DNA from: a bacterium
Lineage (GTDB): Bacteria > UBA8248 > JACPRG01 > G963555815
Direction: 5' to 3'
NCBI GenBank assembly: GCA_965218795.1
Contig: OZ244653.1
Span: forward strand, 3,904,001-3,968,000
DNA: 64,000 bases
Below are positions 61,009-64,000 of the stretch, one piece after another. Position 1 is the stretch's first letter. Each line of letters opens with the position of its first letter. Below the pieces are notes generated by a model that was not told where the DNA came from, did no database searches, and saw nothing but the letters and a program-made list of their open reading frames with translations. A program made the position numbers and the translations under genes.

Positions 61009-62049
61009 ATGCGTATTCTGAAAAGAATTCTTTTTTTGCCGGTCGCTGCGATATTGCTCCTTCCTGTTGCCCAACCGGCTTCATTCGGCGCCGAAAAGGT
61101 CGTCTTCAATCTGGGGTGGGTGCCGTATGGACGCGATCTTTCCTGGTACCACGCTCTGGAGAGCGGCCTCTATAAGGCCGAAGGGCTGGACGTGAAAATC
61201 GTCCGAGGCTACGGCGGCGCCAAGACCGCCAAGGACGTCGCTGCGGGAAATGCCACCTTTGGCGCAACGGACAGCGCCTCCCTGGTTCTGGGCCGGACGC
61301 GCGGACTGAAGATCAAGGCTGTCATCATGATGCACGATATCGCCCCCTTCCTCGTCCGGACGCTCGAAGGGAACGGCATCAATTCCCTGAAGGATCTGGA
61401 AGGGAAGAAGTTCGGCACCCCGGCGGGCGACGCCACCTGGGCGAATTTTCCGACCCTGGCCAAGATCAACGGGATCGATATCGGCAAGATGAAGGTCGTC
61501 AACGTGGCGCCCGCCGCCCGGGAGACCGGCCTGCTCGGCGGAGCGTATGTCGCCTGCACAGGCTTTGTCACGCAGGTCCCCATCTTCCGGAGGATGGCCG
61601 CCAAGCAGGGGAAAAAGGAGAAGATTTTCCTCCTCGCCAGGCACGGCCTGGACTTCTACGGCTTGCCTTACACCGCTACCGAACAGACGCTTGCGACACG
61701 CGGGGGGACCGTGAAAAAGTTTCTGAGGGCTTCCATGAAAGGTCTTGCCGAGGCCATGCAGAATCCTGAGAAGGCCATGGACGCGTTGATCAAGAACACG
61801 CCCACCGTGGCCCGCGGCCCGAACCGCGAGGTCTGGGACATCACGCTGGACCTGTGGGTGACACCCGATGCGAAGCGTCTGGGACTGGGCTGGATGACGG
61901 ACGAGAAGTGGCGGCGGACCCGCGACATCATCGTCAAGGCCAACAACATCAAGGCGGACATCCCCCTGAGCGATCTGTACACCAACGATTATCTGTCCAG
62001 GATCATGCCGCCCAAGCGCGCGCCGCGGGCCATCGAGCGGGTGTTCTAA
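61009..62049 (+). CDS. NMT1/THI5-type ABC substrate-binding protein
   Basis: Signal peptide; GWVPYGRDL, GLYKAEGL and SDLYTNDYL. Divergently transcribed paralog of 59609-60658. Confidence 0.85.
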   Translation: MRILKRILFLPVAAILLLPVAQPASFGAEKVVFNLGWVPYGRDLSWYHALESGLYKAEGLDVKIVRGYGGAKTAKDVAAGNATFGATDSASLVLGRTRGLKIKAVIMMHDIAPFLVRTLEGNGINSLKDLEGKKFGTPAGDATWANFPTLAKINGIDIGKMKVVNVAPAARETGLLGGAYVACTGFVTQVPIFRRMAAKQGKKEKIFLLARHGLDFYGLPYTATEQTLATRGGTVKKFLRASMKGLAEAMQNPEKAMDALIKNTPTVARGPNREVWDITLDLWVTPDAKRLGLGWMTDEKWRRTRDIIVKANNIKADIPLSDLYTNDYLSRIMPPKRAPRAIERVF

Positions 62050-62103
62050 GGGTTTTGGGCCTGAGACGGCCTGAACTCTGGAAGAAAGGATTCATCAGCG
62101 TAT

Positions 62104-62145
62104 CAAGGAGCGGACGCCTCCGAATGCGGGGGCGTCCGTTCCTTG
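62104..62145. terminator. GC-rich hairpin between convergent genes
   Basis: CAAGGAGCGGACGCCTCCG-AATG-CGGGGGCGTCCGTTCCTTG. Confidence 0.6.
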
Positions 62146-62207
62146 TTGGAAGGCGGAGAGGCCGGGGGAGGGGACGGCTTTACCGCCCCCCGGCACGTTG
62201 TCCAGGT

Positions 62208-62521
62208 TCACATCAGCGGGATAACCAACGGGTTCCACCTCTTCAAACAGCTTGGCCGGCACATGGAACATAGCCCTTCATCGCCCTGCCCCCCTACACA
62301 GGTCCAGGTCTTCGTCAGAGATCTCACCGACGGGTTTTGGGGGTACGGCCGGCCTTCCCCTGCGTGCTTTCGACGATTTCGGTCTCCACCCCCTCAGGCG
62401 CGTCCATGCCCACTTCATTCATCGCGGACTTGGGGTCGGCTTTGAGCCTGGTCATGAAGTCCTCATCCGTCCAGGCTTTCGCGATCCGCTGACTATAGGG
62501 ATTTCCCTTTTCCTCTCCCAT
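62208..62521 (-). pseudogene. NHLP-leader (nitrile hydratase-like) RiPP precursor, frameshifted
   Basis: MGEEKGNPYSQRIAKAWTDEDFMTRLKADPKSAMNEVGMDAPEGVETEIVEST, then in a shifted frame VPPKPVGEISDEDLD, the typical NHLP leader end. Confidence 0.75.
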
Positions 62522-62695
62522 TGTTTTGCCCCATGTGTGGGTGAAGTGAAGTGGTACGATCATGCTTGAGAAATGAGTCAGGGTGTTGCGGGAGCGGGGA
62601 CGTGCCTGCGCGGGGGGCTCGACCATGCGTCCTTGCGGCGCCTCCGGGCCAGGCTTATCCAATCGGGTGACGGGACATCCCGATCAAGGTGAACC

Positions 62696-63646
62696 ATGAA
62701 TTCTGCATACGCGATCCTGGCGGCCCTCTCGGCGGGATTTTTCTTTGCCCTGGGCGATTTTTCCCTCAAAAAGGCGCTCGAGTATTCCCCTCCGACCGTG
62801 GCCATCAACGTGATGGTATGGGTCCAGTGGGTGATATTCACCATCATCTGTTGGATGTCCGGGACGTTCTCGCACCTCTCCAACCCGGCCTTTCCCTGGT
62901 TTTTGCTGACGGGGTTCCTGAATCCCGTCATGTTCCTTTTCCTCTACACCCTCGGCATTCGGCGCATTGGGTTGGTCCGTTCGGCGCCCCTGAAGGGCTT
63001 TACGCCGGTCGTCTCCGTCATTTGCGCCTTCGTGGTGCTGGGGGAACGGCTCACCGCCCTCCAGTATGTGGGGATCGCCTTGACCATCGGCGGCATCTTC
63101 GCCATCACGACCGAGGATATCCGGAGATACGCCTTCCTGACGGCTCCTGCCGCTTCCCTTCCTCGGGAAGCCGACGGGCCGTCAGCGAAAAATGCAGCAG
63201 GTCAAAGCCCGGCTTTCAGCAGGGTCGGTTACCTGTTCCCGATCCTGGCCGCGACCTCGACGGGAGTTTCCTCCGTCCTGTTCAAGATCGTATTGATATC
63301 CCTCCCCTCCCCCCTGTTAGGGGCCTGGCTCGGGGCGTCTCTGGGCGTCGTCCTTTATCCCTTCGTGGCTTTTCTGTTTCCATCCGGGGAGCGGTTCGGG
63401 CTTCGCCGGTCCGCCTGGCCCTGGCTGATCTGCGGGGGCTCGTTCATGGCCGCGGCCATTTACTCCCTGTTTGCCGCAATCCATTTCGGACAGGTGTCCG
63501 TCGTCACGACCCTCTACCAGATTTCGCCGCTCATCATTCTGGTGATGGCGGTCCTGTTTCTCCGAGAACTGGAGCGTGTGACGCCCCAGGTAGTCGCGGG
63601 GGCATTGATGACGGTCGGCGGAGGAATCCTGGTGAGTGTCTTTTGA
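62696..63646 (+). CDS. EamA/DMT-family transporter
   Basis: Two five-helix hydrophobic repeats ending FVVLGERLT and LFLRELERVT. Confidence 0.85.
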   Translation: MNSAYAILAALSAGFFFALGDFSLKKALEYSPPTVAINVMVWVQWVIFTIICWMSGTFSHLSNPAFPWFLLTGFLNPVMFLFLYTLGIRRIGLVRSAPLKGFTPVVSVICAFVVLGERLTALQYVGIALTIGGIFAITTEDIRRYAFLTAPAASLPREADGPSAKNAAGQSPAFSRVGYLFPILAATSTGVSSVLFKIVLISLPSPLLGAWLGASLGVVLYPFVAFLFPSGERFGLRRSAWPWLICGGSFMAAAIYSLFAAIHFGQVSVVTTLYQISPLIILVMAVLFLRELERVTPQVVAGALMTVGGGILVSVF

Positions 63647-63667
63647 AGGGGATGCCCCCTTCTTTTT
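63645..63667 (+). terminator. Probable intrinsic terminator after the EamA gene
   Basis: GAAGGGG-ATGC-CCCCTTC followed by TTTTT. Confidence 0.55.
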
Positions 63668-63975
63668 GGGAGAAAAAGGCAGCGCGCGGGACGTAAGAAA
63701 AAGGGGACGGCCTCAACCGACCCCGCTATCCTGTCCAGGTCTTCGTCAGGAAAATATCTTTTAAAATCCATCCCTCTGCCAATGAAGCGCCTGAATGCGT
63801 TAGGTTAGGATAATTATCTGTTTTTATTTGGTTATTTCTTTTCTTCACCCACATCCCGCCCCTTGCATTCCCGTCATGTTTGTGCTCAAATACGTGCTGA
63901 TTTGATGAAGCTCGTGTTCTATTTGATTACGGGATTATATATCGAATCACCATAGAACAACGGGAAGGATAGTCC

Positions 63976-64000
63976 ATGCCCGGACGAAGCGAGGAAGCGG
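63976..64000 (+). CDS. Probable start of a gene running off the window
   Basis: GAAGGA then ATG 63976 (MPGRSEEA...), after an AT-rich promoter-like tract. Confidence 0.35.

Overview
High-GC bacterial chromosomal window with no CRISPR array, rRNA or phage structural genes. From left to right: (1) 1-13.9 kb is a mosaic accessory region with a ParE/RelE-type toxin, a lower-GC lipoprotein plus micro-ORF, an NMT1-type binding protein, an outer-membrane beta-barrel, a frameshifted Na/Pi symporter, a GPP34 protein, a TonB receptor, HigBA and an exported MsrA, interleaved with a modular palindromic repeat family. A ~350-bp promoter/leader/start block is duplicated in front of both msrA and aapJ. (2) The aapJQMP amino-acid ABC operon. 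(3) A defence island at ~18.4-28.3 kb with a DUF2283 and a helicase relic, an AAA ATPase cut off from its upstream region by an IS1595-family element, and a type I restriction-modification operon carrying a translationally coupled TIR-domain gene between hsdS and hsdM. (4) A partner-switching signalling operon (RsbW-like, STAS, REC-PP2C, orphan binding protein, TorS-like histidine kinase), followed by a nitrogen cluster: circularly permuted ATP-grasp/alpha-E/transglutaminase, amtB without glnK, divergent GSIII and GSI separated by an IS1380 relic, then tRNA-Ala(GGC). (5) A catabolic region with an MBL hydrolase, a broken VOC gene, PlsC, an Ldh_2 enzyme, IS630, a molybdo-hydroxylase/nitrilase/cyclase/hydrolase operon and three more NMT1-type binding proteins. 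(6) A degenerate NHLP-leader RiPP precursor locus around an EamA transporter. The best candidates for something undescribed are the RM-embedded TIR protein, the orphan NHLP precursor remnants, the SBP-kinase-partner-switch module next to the nitrogen genes, and the captured promoter. All family assignments come from motif recognition by eye; no searches were run.
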